From positions 2,048,001-2,112,000 of the forward strand of contig OY762209.1 of assembly GCA_963665295.1 (NCBI GenBank): 64,000 nucleotides of DNA, given 5' to 3'. Origin of the DNA: Syntrophorhabdaceae bacterium (GTDB lineage: Bacteria > Desulfobacterota > Syntrophorhabdia > Syntrophorhabdales > Syntrophorhabdaceae). Made by a program: the position numbers and the translations under genes. The notes beneath the pieces were generated by a model. It made no database searches, was not told the origin of the DNA, and saw only the letters and a program-made list of their open reading frames with translations. Positions 35,827-46,742 of the stretch are shown here, in pieces (positions within the stretch are counted from its first letter, which is position 1; each line of letters starts with the position of its first letter).

Positions 35827-37584
35827 GTGGAAACCGACCTCACCCTGGCGGAAAAAACGCTACGGGAGAGGGAAGCCTTTCTCAACTCGCTCCTCGACGC
35901 GATCCCCATCCCTGTGTTCTATAAGGACAGGGATGGACTGTACCGGGGAGCGAACAAGGCCTTTGAGGCATTCCTGGGTATAGCGAGGGAGGACCTGAAC
36001 GGCAAGACCGTGCTCGACATCAACCCGCCGGACCTTGCCCATATCTATCAGACCAAGGACGCGGAGCTGTTCCGCAAGGGAGGAACGCAGCAGTATGACT
36101 CCCAAATGAAGAACGCCCACGGCCTCATACGCGATGTCATCTTCAACAAAGCGGTCTTTACCGACAGTGAGGGGACCATCACGGGGCTTATCGGGGCAAT
36201 CCTTGACATCACGGAACGTAAGCAGGCAGAGCAGGCCCTTGTTGCGGAAAAGGACCTTTCCGAGTCGATAATAGACAGCATGCCGGGCGTGTTCTATTGC
36301 TATGACGACCAATTGCGATTCAAAAGATGGAACAGGAATTTCGAGCGGGTGAGCGGGTATTCCGCCGAAGAGTTGCTCCACGCGAGTCCCCTTGATTTCT
36401 TTGCCGGCCATGGCAGGGAAACTGTCGAAAGGAAGATAGGAGAAGTCTTTTCAAAGGGTGAGTCGAGCGCGGAGGCGGATTTTGTATCGAAGGACGGGCG
36501 TAAGACCCCTTATTTCTTTACGGGCCTGAAGGTCAGGATCGACAACGCCGACCACCTTGTGGGGGTCGGAATAGACATCTCGGAAATCAAACAGGCAAAG
36601 GAGGCCCTGCGGGCGAGCGAGGCAAAATATCACTCCATCTTCGAGAATTCCCTGGAAGGCATATACCGGACGACCAAAGAGGGGAGGTTTCTCATGGCGA
36701 ACACGGCGTTCTGTGATCAACTCGGCTACAGTTCCTTCGAAGAGCTGGCCGCAACGGTTACAAATGTGGCGACCCAACTCTACGTGCGGCCCGAAGACCG
36801 GGAATACCTCCTCCAAATGCTTGAAGAAGAATCGGCCGTCAAGGGGTTCGAGACCAGGTTTTACAGAAAAGACAAACGCATCGTATGGGTTCGTATCAAC
36901 ATAACGGCTGTCCGGGATGAATCAGGGAATATCCTTTACTATGACGGTATAGATGAGGATACTACGCAGCGTAAGGAGGTCGAAAGAGAACAAGCGAGGA
37001 GCGCGGCGCAAGTACGCAAAGCCATGATGGACACTATTCATGCCCTGGTCTCCATGAGTGAATTCAGGGACCCCTATACGACGGGTCACCAGAACAGGGT
37101 CGCCGATATCGCCGCGGCCATAGCGGAGGAACTCGGCCTTCCGGAGGAGCAGATCAGCGGGATCAGGATCGCGGGGCTTATCCATGATGTAGGCAAAATA
37201 TGCATACCCACGGAGATACTGAGCAAACCGGGACAATTATCGCAAATAGAAATGGACCTCATACGCTCCCACGTGGCGGCGGGCTATGAGATAATCAAGG
37301 ATATCGAGTTTCCATGGCCCATACGCAAGGCGGTGCTCCAGCACCACGAGAGGCTTGACGGCTCCGGGTATCCTTCAGGCATATCGGGTGATGACATCGT
37401 GATGGAAGCGAGCATCATTGCCGTTGCGGACGTTGTTGAGGCCATGGCTTCCCACCGTCCCTACAGGGCGGCCCAGGGGCTGGAGGCGGCTCTTGAAGAG
37501 ATAGAGAAGAACAAGGGCATCCTCTATGACGAGAAGGTGGCGGAAGCGTGTCTCAGACTGTACCGGGACAAAGATAACATTTGA
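35827..37584 (+). CDS. PAS-PAS-PAS HD-GYP cyclic-dinucleotide phosphodiesterase
   Basis: Three PAS/PAC domains; RDPYTTGHQNRV, IHDVGK, HHERLDGSGYP, VADVVEAMASHRPYR; reading frame is open back to ATA 35746. Confidence 0.93.
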   Translation: METDLTLAEKTLREREAFLNSLLDAIPIPVFYKDRDGLYRGANKAFEAFLGIAREDLNGKTVLDINPPDLAHIYQTKDAELFRKGGTQQYDSQMKNAHGLIRDVIFNKAVFTDSEGTITGLIGAILDITERKQAEQALVAEKDLSESIIDSMPGVFYCYDDQLRFKRWNRNFERVSGYSAEELLHASPLDFFAGHGRETVERKIGEVFSKGESSAEADFVSKDGRKTPYFFTGLKVRIDNADHLVGVGIDISEIKQAKEALRASEAKYHSIFENSLEGIYRTTKEGRFLMANTAFCDQLGYSSFEELAATVTNVATQLYVRPEDREYLLQMLEEESAVKGFETRFYRKDKRIVWVRINITAVRDESGNILYYDGIDEDTTQRKEVEREQARSAAQVRKAMMDTIHALVSMSEFRDPYTTGHQNRVADIAAAIAEELGLPEEQISGIRIAGLIHDVGKICIPTEILSKPGQLSQIEMDLIRSHVAAGYEIIKDIEFPWPIRKAVLQHHERLDGSGYPSGISGDDIVMEASIIAVADVVEAMASHRPYRAAQGLEAALEEIEKNKGILYDEKVAEACLRLYRDKDNI

Positions 37585-37606
37585 AGAGGTGCAAGAGGGT
37601 GTCTTC

Positions 37607-40216
37607 CTAGCGCTCCGTCGGTCCTTCGGTGATCTGGACGAGGTCGCCGGGGCGGAGCCATTTTGCGAAGGCGGCTTTGACGTCTTCGGGGGTAAGCTTG
37701 AGGTAACGACGGGCGGCCTGTATGGGCTCGTCGAGGGGAAGGTTATGGATGGAGCGGTAGAGCAGGCCGTCTGCAATGAGGTCTACGTTCGATTCCGCGA
37801 GAAGGATCTCCCGGAGGAGGAGCGCCTTGGCCTGCTGGAGTCGGTCCGCGGGCACAGGAGCGGTCTGCATTTCCTTCAGATTGCGCTCAACGATGGCGCG
37901 GGCCCTCGGCACGTTTTGCGGGTCGCAGCCGAAGTTGACTACATAGAGGGAGCGGGTGAGGCCTACTTCGAAGGAAGAGGTGACATAATAGACGAGCCCC
38001 GTCTCCTCGCGCAGGTCCCGGTAGAGGCGGCTTGCGAAGAATGAGCCTCCCAGAATGTGGTTGCCCAGGTCCAGTGCGTAGTAATCGGGATCGGAGCGGA
38101 ACAGGCCCAGGGTTTGAACGAGGGTTACCCGGGTTTGGACGCGGTTTCTGTTCCGGACTGCGGTAGTAGACGGCTTGTTCGCGGGAACCGGCGCCAGGAG
38201 GGTGTCGGGTCTTGGTCCGGTCGCCTGCCATGGGCCGAAGCGTTCTTCGATCACCGACAGGGCCCGCTCCGGCGTCACCCGGCCCACCGCCACGATGGTG
38301 GTGAGATCGGGACGGAAAACCTTCCGGTAGTAGTCCTTTACATCCTTAAGAGTCAGGGATGAGACGGATGCGGGGGTTGCCTGCCGGAGAGTCGGATCGT
38401 TTTCCGGGAAGAGGGCGGCCTTGAGGGCCCTTTCCGCCAGGTAGTCGGGGCTACGGAGGCGGCCTGCAATGGTGGAGGCAACCTGCTGCCGCGTCACGGT
38501 GAAGGCATCTTCAGGCAAGGCAGGGTTAAGTTCGTTGTCCGCGAGAAGTTCTACGCCCCTTTCGAAATACTGTGACAGGACCTGGAGGGAGAAATCCGTG
38601 CCCGCCGACTCGTTCGCCCCGATCTCGTCCAGGGCCTTTTGGAAGGCGAGACGGTCAAGGGTTGTTGTGCCGTAAGAAAGAAGGCGGCTCAATACCTGAT
38701 CCACCCCGTCCTTGCCCTCGGGTGCCTGCAAATCCGGTTTGTTCCTGATATGACCGTACACGCTTACCGTATCGCTCACGGACTCCGGCTCGACAATGAG
38801 GGTGATCCCGTTCGCCAGCACGGTGACAAAGGGATTGACCCTGGAAGGGGGCCTGGGGACCCTCTTGAGGGTTTTTTCCGCCCAGTGGGGAAGCTTGACA
38901 GGTTTAACCCGTGGGGACGGGAAAGGCTTTACATTGCCGGAGGAGGCTGAGGTGACGGCCTTGCGGGAGCCCTCGGGGGTCAGGATGGTGGTGATGGCTT
39001 CATTCATCTTCAGGTGCCTCGCGGCCACCCGGTCCACGTCGGCGACGGATACCTTCCTCACTGCCACGAGTCCGTCCTCGGGGGATTGCCTTCCCTCTAC
39101 CGCGAGCGCTTTGGACCAAGCGGCGGCGAGGCCGGAAACCGAGTTTTTTTGAAGCTCCCCGTTCATGAGCCTCGCCCGCTTGGCGGCTTCCACCAGATCC
39201 GCGGGAAAACCCTTCTCTCCGTCCCGGGCCAGGATCCGGCGCACCCGATCCACCAATATGGACGAATCCGCCCCTTTCGGAAACGCGGCTATCGCGTAAC
39301 CCAGGCCCGCGTCGGGCAGGGTATTCAGGCGGAAACCCGTGAAAAGGGCATTGCCTTCAGGCACAAGAGTGAAAAGGCTGCCGCGCTGGTTGTTCAGTAC
39401 ATCGGCAAGGACCTGGCTCACGGGGTAATCAGGGCTCCGGTACCCGGGCATGCGAAAGGAGATCATGATGAGCCCATAAGCCTGGTCGGTCTTGAGGCGG
39501 AGCGTCTCGGGCCGGACGGGTTGGAAGCGGATCTCCGGGCGGTCCGGGATCTTTTTGGCGGGGATGGGGCCGAAAAACTTCTTGACCCCGGCCAGCGCCT
39601 TCTTAGGCTCCACATTCCCCACGATCACGAGGATCGCGTTGTTGGGCGCGTACCAGGCGTCGTAAAATTTCCTGAGCATGGTCCCCGTTGTCCTGTCGAA
39701 GGATGCGATGCTGCCGAGGGGCGTGTGGGCATAGGGCGTCCCTTTGAAGAGTCCGGCCAGTGCCCTGGTGTAGGAGATATAGTCAGGGCTCGAGAGGTCG
39801 TCCGCGATCTCCTGTTCGATGGCGCCCCTTTCCAGGGACCACAGCCTTCCTGTATCGAGAACGCCCCTCATCCTGATCGCCTCGATCTGCAGGGCTACTT
39901 CCAGGTCCTGGGTGGGAAGGGTGAGGAAATACTGGGTCACCGTCTGCTGGGTATTGGCATCGAAGGTGCCGCCCATGGCGGCGATGACATCGGTAAGCTG
40001 GGTTGCGGTGAGCCCCGGGCTTCCCCTGAACATCATGTGCTCCTGGGCGTGGGCCATGCCCGGAAACCCCTCCGGCGCTTCGTTCGACCCGACCAGATAA
40101 TTGACCGCCGTGGTGACTACGGGGGCCAGATTATTTCGGACGATAACGGCCCTGAGGCCGTTTTCGAGGGTGGCCTTCAGCGTTTCATCTTCCGGAACCC
40201 GGTCCATTCGCTGCAC
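37607..40216 (-). CDS. M16 (insulinase/pitrilysin) family zinc peptidase, two-module fusion
   Basis: Inverted zinc motif HxxEH (AHAQEHMMFRGS), WYAPNNA, second module LANGI...SRLYRDLREETGLVY. Confidence 0.93.
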   Translation of the reverse strand: MQRMDRVPEDETLKATLENGLRAVIVRNNLAPVVTTAVNYLVGSNEAPEGFPGMAHAQEHMMFRGSPGLTATQLTDVIAAMGGTFDANTQQTVTQYFLTLPTQDLEVALQIEAIRMRGVLDTGRLWSLERGAIEQEIADDLSSPDYISYTRALAGLFKGTPYAHTPLGSIASFDRTTGTMLRKFYDAWYAPNNAILVIVGNVEPKKALAGVKKFFGPIPAKKIPDRPEIRFQPVRPETLRLKTDQAYGLIMISFRMPGYRSPDYPVSQVLADVLNNQRGSLFTLVPEGNALFTGFRLNTLPDAGLGYAIAAFPKGADSSILVDRVRRILARDGEKGFPADLVEAAKRARLMNGELQKNSVSGLAAAWSKALAVEGRQSPEDGLVAVRKVSVADVDRVAARHLKMNEAITTILTPEGSRKAVTSASSGNVKPFPSPRVKPVKLPHWAEKTLKRVPRPPSRVNPFVTVLANGITLIVEPESVSDTVSVYGHIRNKPDLQAPEGKDGVDQVLSRLLSYGTTTLDRLAFQKALDEIGANESAGTDFSLQVLSQYFERGVELLADNELNPALPEDAFTVTRQQVASTIAGRLRSPDYLAERALKAALFPENDPTLRQATPASVSSLTLKDVKDYYRKVFRPDLTTIVAVGRVTPERALSVIEERFGPWQATGPRPDTLLAPVPANKPSTTAVRNRNRVQTRVTLVQTLGLFRSDPDYYALDLGNHILGGSFFASRLYRDLREETGLVYYVTSSFEVGLTRSLYVVNFGCDPQNVPRARAIVERNLKEMQTAPVPADRLQQAKALLLREILLAESNVDLIADGLLYRSIHNLPLDEPIQAARRYLKLTPEDVKAAFAKWLRPGDLVQITEGPTER

Positions 40217-40345
40217 CCTCCTTTTGTCGGTGATTTGCCGGTTCCTGACCCGCTAATAGAAAGATAGGTTCCCCGTCCGCCGTTTTCAACGCTTTCACAA
40301 CTATTCCTATATGTGCAGAGGTGGGACGTGCTATCGGAAGCCGGA

Positions 40346-41794
40346 TCAGTCGAGTCCGAGCCGTTTCATCTTCTCTATGAGGGTAGTCCTGTTCATGCTC
40401 AGGATTTGGGCGGCCTTGCTCTTGACCCCTTTCGTCTCGTTCAGGGCCTGGAGAATGAGGGTCTTTTCGAAGTCGGAGACAAGCGTTTCGTATCCCTTCT
40501 CTATGGCGAGTTGCTGGGGGGTCTCCTGCTTCGCATCGTAGAATTTCTCAGGGAGGTCGTCGATGTCTATGCAGCCCGTCTTTTTCAGTACCACAAGTCT
40601 TTCGACGAGGTTCTGGAGTTCCCGGACGTTTCCCGGATAGTCGTAGTCGATGAGAATGCTCATGGCGTCCTCGGTGAATCCCTCTATCTGGGCGTTGTTC
40701 AACTGATTCGACCTTTCCAGGAAGTAGCTGAAAAGGAGCGGAATATCCTGTCTCCTTTCGCGGAGCGGCGGGATATGGATGGGGACCACGTTGAGCCTGT
40801 AATAGAGGTCTTCCCTGAATTTGCTCTCCGCCACGAGGTCTTCGAGTTTCCTGTTCGTGGCGGCGATGATTCTCAGGTCCACCTTGATCGTCTTTGAGCC
40901 GCCGATCCTCTCGAAGGTCTTTTCCTGCAGGACCCGAAGGAGCTTCACCTGAAGGTTGAAACTCATGTCCCCTATTTCGTCGAGGAAGATGGAGCCTCCG
41001 TTGGCGAGCTCGAACCGCCCGTACCGAGTGCTCACGGCCCCGGTAAAGGCGCCCTTCTCGTAACCGAAAAGCTCGCTCTCCAGGAGGGTCTCGGGGATGG
41101 CCCCGCAGTTCACCACCACAAGGGGATTATCCCTCTTGGAGGAGTTGTAGTGGATCGCCCTTGCCACAAGCTCTTTACCGACCCCGCTCTCCCCTGTAAT
41201 GAGCACCGTGGCGTTCGTGTCCGCCACCTTCTCTATCAGCTCAAAAACCTTCTGAATAGGGAAGCTTATGCCTATGATGTTTTCGAACCTGTACTTGTCC
41301 TTGAGGCAGTTCCGGAGGATGGTGTTCTCTCTTATGAGCTTGCTCTCCGAGAATTTTCGAAGGAGGTTCGCCTTGAGGGTCAGGCCCTTGGGTATGCTCT
41401 CGCTCTTCAGGAGCTTGTAATAATATATGGCGGATTCGACGGTGGTCAGGACCTCTTCGAACTTGAAGGGTTTGAGGAGGTAGTCGAAGGCGCCGCAGCG
41501 CATGGCGGTAATGGCCGTCTCCAGGCTTCCATAGCCGGTTATCACTATGCCCAGGGTGTCGAGGAATTCCTTCTGGATGAAGTTTATGAGCTGGAGGCCA
41601 TCGACCTTGGGCATCATGAGGTCGGTGATGAGGACCTGATAGTGGTTATTCTTGAGGGCGACGAGCGCCTTTTTGCTCTCAAGGAAAGAGTCCACTTCGT
41701 AGCCGCTGGAAATGAGGAAGTCGGTGAGCATGGTAAGGATGCTCTCCTCGTCCTCGACGATGATTATCTTCCCCTTTTCCTTGCTCTCAGCCAT
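40346..41794 (-). CDS. sigma54-dependent response regulator, candidate FleQ/FlrA-type flagellar master regulator
   Basis: REC + AAA+ ([25 protein letters not shown]) + HTH ([12 protein letters not shown], a FleQ-like tail); no cognate kinase adjacent. Confidence 0.85.
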   Translation of the reverse strand: MAESKEKGKIIIVEDEESILTMLTDFLISSGYEVDSFLESKKALVALKNNHYQVLITDLMMPKVDGLQLINFIQKEFLDTLGIVITGYGSLETAITAMRCGAFDYLLKPFKFEEVLTTVESAIYYYKLLKSESIPKGLTLKANLLRKFSESKLIRENTILRNCLKDKYRFENIIGISFPIQKVFELIEKVADTNATVLITGESGVGKELVARAIHYNSSKRDNPLVVVNCGAIPETLLESELFGYEKGAFTGAVSTRYGRFELANGGSIFLDEIGDMSFNLQVKLLRVLQEKTFERIGGSKTIKVDLRIIAATNRKLEDLVAESKFREDLYYRLNVVPIHIPPLRERRQDIPLLFSYFLERSNQLNNAQIEGFTEDAMSILIDYDYPGNVRELQNLVERLVVLKKTGCIDIDDLPEKFYDAKQETPQQLAIEKGYETLVSDFEKTLILQALNETKGVKSKAAQILSMNRTTLIEKMKRLGLD

Positions 41795-41924
41795 GAAGGG
41801 CTATCCTTGATATGAGTCCCTTTCCCATAGGCATCATTATACAACTTTTTCAGTTTTTTTGTTGGTCAATAAATGCACCTGGGCCTGTCCGCCGGCGGAA
41901 TGTACCTATGATTTTCCCCGCCGG

Positions 41925-42989
41925 TCACCCGCAGAGCCTCACGACCTCCTTGGCTATGGAGGTGAGGGGAAGGGTGCGGTCCACGCCGCCCAGGCGTACC
42001 GCCTCCTTGGGCATGCCGAATACGATGCACGACTCCTCGTCCTGGGCGATATTGAAAGCCCCGGCTTCCTTGAGCTCCCGCATTCCTTTCGCGCCGTCAT
42101 CCCCCATTCCCGTCATGATGACACCCACCGCGTTCTTGCCCGCGTATCGCGCCGCGGACCGGAAGAGGACATCCACGGAAGGCCGGTGGCGGCACACCAG
42201 GGGCCCGTCCCTGACCTCCACGTAATAACGCGCCCCGCTCCGTTTGAGAAGGGTATGCCGGTTGCCCGGGGCAATCAGGGCCCGTCCCCTTACCACGGTG
42301 TCGTCATTCTCCGCTTCCTTGACGGAGATGCGGCAGATGCTGTCGAGCCTCCGGGCAAAGGCGGCAGTGAAGTGTTCGGGCATATGTTGTACTATGACAA
42401 TGCCCGGGGCATCGAGGGGCATGGCTTCGAGAAAGGTTTTGAGTGCTTCCGTGCCGCCCGTGGACGCCCCGACCACCACCACCTTGTCCGTGGTCTGGAT
42501 CATTGCCTTCGAGGACGGCTTTTCGATTACCGCGTCGGCGGTGAGTTTCGGCGCCACCTGGTAGGTCTTGGGAGATATCTTCGTCAGGTGCGCCAGGCGC
42601 GCCGCCTTGACCGCGTCGCAGATGAGGACCTTCGATTCCTCCAGGAACTGCTTGATGCCGAGGCGGGGCTTCTCGATAATGTCGGCGGCCCCGTATTCGA
42701 GCGCCTTCAGGGCGGTCTCCGAATGGGTGCCCGCGAGGCTGGAGCAGATGACCACGGGTATGGGGTGCTGGCTCATGATCTTCTGGAGGAACGTTATCCC
42801 GTCCATGCGGGGCATTTCGATATCGAGGGTGATTACGTCAGGCACCTCATCTCTTATTCTCTCGGCGGCGACAAAAGGGTCCCGTGCTGTTGCGATCACT
42901 TCTATGGCCGGGTCCGAAGAGAGCACCTCTTCGAGAGCCTGGCGGACCACCGCTGAATCATCTACTATGAGGACCTTGATCTTTTTCAT
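41925..42989 (-). CDS. cheB: Chemotaxis methylesterase CheB
   Basis: REC plus [27 protein letters not shown]. Confidence 0.98.
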   Translation of the reverse strand: MKKIKVLIVDDSAVVRQALEEVLSSDPAIEVIATARDPFVAAERIRDEVPDVITLDIEMPRMDGITFLQKIMSQHPIPVVICSSLAGTHSETALKALEYGAADIIEKPRLGIKQFLEESKVLICDAVKAARLAHLTKISPKTYQVAPKLTADAVIEKPSSKAMIQTTDKVVVVGASTGGTEALKTFLEAMPLDAPGIVIVQHMPEHFTAAFARRLDSICRISVKEAENDDTVVRGRALIAPGNRHTLLKRSGARYYVEVRDGPLVCRHRPSVDVLFRSAARYAGKNAVGVIMTGMGDDGAKGMRELKEAGAFNIAQDEESCIVFGMPKEAVRLGGVDRTLPLTSIAKEVVRLCG

Positions 42990-43509
42990 CCCTTACCCCG
43001 TAAAATTGAGTTTTTCTGATGCGTTTGAGCAGGACATCCCCTGTATGGGTATGGAAGAACAACTTCCGGCCCTGTTTTCCTCTCACGTCTTCCGCAACAA
43101 GGATGAGACGTTCTCTTCTGATGACCTCCCGCGCCCGTTCCACGTTCTGGGTGCCTACGGTAGCGGGGATGTTCTCTCCTGCCCGGGTGTCCAGAACGTC
43201 CGACCCGCCGAAAAGCTTCACCTCTATGTCCGCCCGCTTGATCCCTAACGAGGTGAACCCTTCGACAAGATAGATAATGGCAGTATCGACGAAGCGGAAC
43301 ACATCGATGTCGGAGGCTTCGCCGCTCCCGGGGAGCAGGGCGTGGCACATGCCCCCCACCATATAGCGCGGATTGAACATGGTAACCGACACACACGATC
43401 CGAGTACCGTGGAAACAACGGTGGGCTCCCGTGCGATGAATACCTCTCCGGGTTTCAGAAAGACCGTGGAGATTAAGCAATCCCGCTTATGAGCGCCTGC
43501 GGGCTTCAT
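42958..43509 (-). CDS. cheD: Chemoreceptor deamidase CheD
   Basis: [24 protein letters not shown]. Confidence 0.96.
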   Translation of the reverse strand: MKPAGAHKRDCLISTVFLKPGEVFIAREPTVVSTVLGSCVSVTMFNPRYMVGGMCHALLPGSGEASDIDVFRFVDTAIIYLVEGFTSLGIKRADIEVKLFGGSDVLDTRAGENIPATVGTQNVERAREVIRRERLILVAEDVRGKQGRKLFFHTHTGDVLLKRIRKTQFYGVRDEKDQGPHSR

Positions 43510-44390
43510 ATCTTCCTGTATATGGTAGGAGCCACGGACACGAGGGGCACGTCCATCCCGAAGAGAGTCTCGGAATGGCCCATGAAGATATAACCTCCCC
43601 GGGAAAGAGATTTGCAGAACCGGTTAAGGAGCCTCTCCTGGGTGGGCTTGTCAAAATAGATGATCACATTCCTGCAGAATATGATATTGAGCGGCTCTCT
43701 GAAGCCGAAATCGTCATCCATGAAATTGAGCCGCCTGAATTTCACGAGGGACCTGATTTCGGGGGTTACCCGGAAGAGTTTCTTGCTCCTGTCCTTGTTT
43801 CTGAGCAGATATTTCTGCCGGAACTCAAAGGGGACAGGGGCCACGCGCTCCTCGTCGTAGACGGCGGTTTCCGCCTTCTTGAGCACGGTCGTGGAGATAT
43901 CGGTGGCCAGTATGAGAAAACCGAAATCAAGCCCGGGAAACCGTTCCGCATATTCCTTTAACACCATGGCGAGGGTGAAGGGCTCCTCTCCGCTTGAGCA
44001 TCCCGCGCTCCACAGGGTGAGCCTTTTGCGGACACCCAGGCCATAGGTCTTGATCAGCTCCGGCAGGGCGGTTTCAACAAGATACTGGAAATGGGCCGGT
44101 TCTCTGAAGAAATCGGTCTTGTTGGTGCTCACCTCGTCAATCATGAAGGCGAGTTCCTCCTCCTGGCCTTTAGGGCTGAAGAGATAATCACAATAATCCG
44201 TGAACCCGGTGAGCCCGAGGCGTCTCAGCCTCTTCTGGAGGCGCGCCTCAAGCATGGTCTTTTTCGCCTCCGTCATCTTTATGCCGAACTCCCGGTGTAT
44301 GAACGTGCTGAGGCGGGTGAAGTCGTGGGCCGACATGCTTGTAGTGCCCTGTGAGGTGTCGGATCTATCCTGCTCTTTCATTTCCCTCAT
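43506..44390 (-). CDS. cheR: Chemotaxis methyltransferase CheR
   Basis: TNKTDFFRE, WSAGCSSGEEP, IFCRNVIIYFD. Confidence 0.98.
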   Translation of the reverse strand: MREMKEQDRSDTSQGTTSMSAHDFTRLSTFIHREFGIKMTEAKKTMLEARLQKRLRRLGLTGFTDYCDYLFSPKGQEEELAFMIDEVSTNKTDFFREPAHFQYLVETALPELIKTYGLGVRKRLTLWSAGCSSGEEPFTLAMVLKEYAERFPGLDFGFLILATDISTTVLKKAETAVYDEERVAPVPFEFRQKYLLRNKDRSKKLFRVTPEIRSLVKFRRLNFMDDDFGFREPLNIIFCRNVIIYFDKPTQERLLNRFCKSLSRGGYIFMGHSETLFGMDVPLVSVAPTIYRKI

Positions 44391-44911
44391 GCACCAACGG
44401 CCGGAATCGTAGCAGCCCTGATCTCCTCATCGCTCGCCATTTCCACCATTTCCAACTCTTCCTGTGAAAACAGCTTGTCTATATCGAGGATGATAATGAA
44501 TTGTTCATCTCTTTTCCCCATGCCCTTTATAAATTCCGTTTTGAGGCCCGTACCGATCCTCGGCGCGGGCTCGATCTGATCCGGCTCGAAATCGATCACT
44601 TCCTGCACCGAATCGACGAGGGCCCCGAGGATGACCTTTTCATCCTCTATGAGGACTTCCACCACGATAATGCACGTATTGACCGTCTTTTCCATTGTCG
44701 GAAGGTTCAGCTTTACCCTCATATCCACAACAGGCACGACGCTGCCCCTCAGATTCATTACCCCCCTCATAAACTCAGGGGTCTGGGGGACTTTTGTAAC
44801 CCCCGTGAATTCGAGTATCTCCCTCACGTTCGCCACATCGAGGGCGAAGGATTCGTCGCCCAGGCTGAAGGTCAGGTATTGTCTTGTCTCGGTGATGCCG
44901 GGTACGCTCAT
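44387..44911 (-). CDS. cheW: Chemotaxis coupling protein CheW
   Basis: QYLTFSLG, GVMNLRGSVVPVVD, LVDSVQEV. Confidence 0.97.
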   Translation of the reverse strand: MSVPGITETRQYLTFSLGDESFALDVANVREILEFTGVTKVPQTPEFMRGVMNLRGSVVPVVDMRVKLNLPTMEKTVNTCIIVVEVLIEDEKVILGALVDSVQEVIDFEPDQIEPAPRIGTGLKTEFIKGMGKRDEQFIIILDIDKLFSQEELEMVEMASDEEIRAATIPAVGA

Positions 44912-44989
44912 GATATTGCCTCCTTGGTACGGGGCGAGGGTCCCCGGACACCTCTGTCCGGGAGCCTCCGTCTCCGGTGCCTTTATCCT

Positions 44990-46708
44990 TTAAAATCTCT
45001 CGAACTCGTCGTCAAGTGCATCCTTTCCGTCGCCGAGGTTGAGTGCTATGCCCTTGGGTTTTGCCCCGTTTCCGTTGCTCCCGTTACGGCCCGGCCGTAC
45101 AAGACCGGCGAATTTGGCGGGTTTGCCGGCCCTCACGGGTTTTCCCGCAGCCTGCTGATGAACGATGGGCTGTTGTGACCGGGGTCGCTCCATGTCTCCG
45201 GACCTGAAGAATGCGATAGTGTCCTGAAGCTGTTCGGCCTGACCGGAAAGTTCTTCCGAGGTCGATGCCATCTCTTCCGTGCCGGACGCGTTCTGTTGGA
45301 TCACCTGGTCCAACTGTTGTATTGCCTTGTTGATCTGCTCCGCCCCGGCATTCTGTTCGTTACTCGCGGCGCTGATCTCCTGGACAAGTTCCGCGGTCTT
45401 CTGGATGTCGGGCACAAGCCTCGTGAGCATCTCTCCCGCCTGCTCGGCGACCTGCACGCTTGTGGTGGAAAGCCTGCTTATCTCCGCTGCTGCGGTCTGG
45501 CTTCTCTCGGCGAGTTTGCGAACCTCGCTGGCCACAACCGCGAACCCCTTGCCGTGCTCGCCTGCCCGTGCCGCTTCTATGGCCGCGTTGAGGGCGAGGA
45601 GGTTGGTCTGGCGGGCAATCTCTTCGATGATGGATATCTTGCCGGCGATATCCTTCATGGCAACCACGGTCTCCGCCACGGCCCTGCCGCCTTCCCGTGC
45701 GTCATGGGCCGACTTGAGGGCTATCTTCTCCGTCTGCTGGGCGTTATCCGCGTTCTGCTTGATATTTGAGACCATCTGCTCCATGGAGGAGGAGACTTCC
45801 TCGGCGGAGGCCGCCTGTTCCGTCGCTCCCTGCGACATCTCTTCGGAAGAGGCGCTCAGTTCTCCCGAGGCTGAAGCGACGTTGTCCGCCGCCCCCTTGA
45901 CATCGGCCACTATTACCTTCAGCTTTTCCGTCATGTTCTTCATGCCGGTGAGCAGTTGGCCCGCCTCGTCGGCGCCGCCTGCCTCCACGTACACGGTCAG
46001 GTCCCCTTCGGAAAGCCGTTCAGCCACGGTAACGGCCTGACGCAGGGCGCGGGTGATTATCCGCGAGACAAAGAAGGCGATGCTGAGAATGAGGGCCGCC
46101 ACGACCAGGGAACCGGTGATGATCTTTATCCGGAGTTTCGACATCTCCGCATTCACATCGTCGATATAGATGCCCGTGCCTATGGTCCATCCCCAGGGGG
46201 CGAAATACTTCGCGTACGAGAGTTTCGGCGTCGGTTTCGCGGCATTCGGCTTCAGCCAGAGGTATTCGACAAAGCCATCGCCTTTGCTCTTGGCTATTTC
46301 CAGCATCTCCTTTCCGAAGGCCCTTCCCGAGGGGTCCTTTAAAAGGGGATCGTTTATATCCTTACCGATCAATTCGGGTTTGAGGCCGTGCATCACCATC
46401 TTCCCGTTCGTGTCGAGAACGAAGAAATACTCGTTGGTGTGGTAGCGGAGGTTCTTTACCGCGTCCAGGGCCCTCTTCTGAGCTTCGTCCATCTTGATTT
46501 CACCCGCTCTTGCCCTTGCCTCCAGCGGCGCTATCATGGTAGAGGTGACTTCGGCCGCGTATTTCAGCTCGTTCTTCTTCTCGTCCATGAGCTTCTCTTC
46601 CACGAGGGGCAGGACATAGAGTAATATGCCTGCCAGGATCAGGACAATGGTGAACACCGAGATCCCCATTATCTTCGTGGAAATTTTCCAATTTTTAAAA
46701 CCTTTCAT
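44990..46708 (-). CDS. Methyl-accepting chemotaxis protein with single Cache domain and HAMP
   Basis: Two TMs, sCache_2-like ([19 protein letters not shown]), [28 protein letters not shown]-terminal pentapeptide EFERF. Confidence 0.96.
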   Translation of the reverse strand: MKGFKNWKISTKIMGISVFTIVLILAGILLYVLPLVEEKLMDEKKNELKYAAEVTSTMIAPLEARARAGEIKMDEAQKRALDAVKNLRYHTNEYFFVLDTNGKMVMHGLKPELIGKDINDPLLKDPSGRAFGKEMLEIAKSKGDGFVEYLWLKPNAAKPTPKLSYAKYFAPWGWTIGTGIYIDDVNAEMSKLRIKIITGSLVVAALILSIAFFVSRIITRALRQAVTVAERLSEGDLTVYVEAGGADEAGQLLTGMKNMTEKLKVIVADVKGAADNVASASGELSASSEEMSQGATEQAASAEEVSSSMEQMVSNIKQNADNAQQTEKIALKSAHDAREGGRAVAETVVAMKDIAGKISIIEEIARQTNLLALNAAIEAARAGEHGKGFAVVASEVRKLAERSQTAAAEISRLSTTSVQVAEQAGEMLTRLVPDIQKTAELVQEISAASNEQNAGAEQINKAIQQLDQVIQQNASGTEEMASTSEELSGQAEQLQDTIAFFRSGDMERPRSQQPIVHQQAAGKPVRAGKPAKFAGLVRPGRNGSNGNGAKPKGIALNLGDGKDALDDEFERF

Positions 46709-46742
46709 GTGAGCCTCCTTTCAGCCTTTCATATCCCTCTTG

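Noticed and set aside
39014..40267. 417-aa plus-strand ORF
   Set aside because: Shadow of the M16 peptidase.
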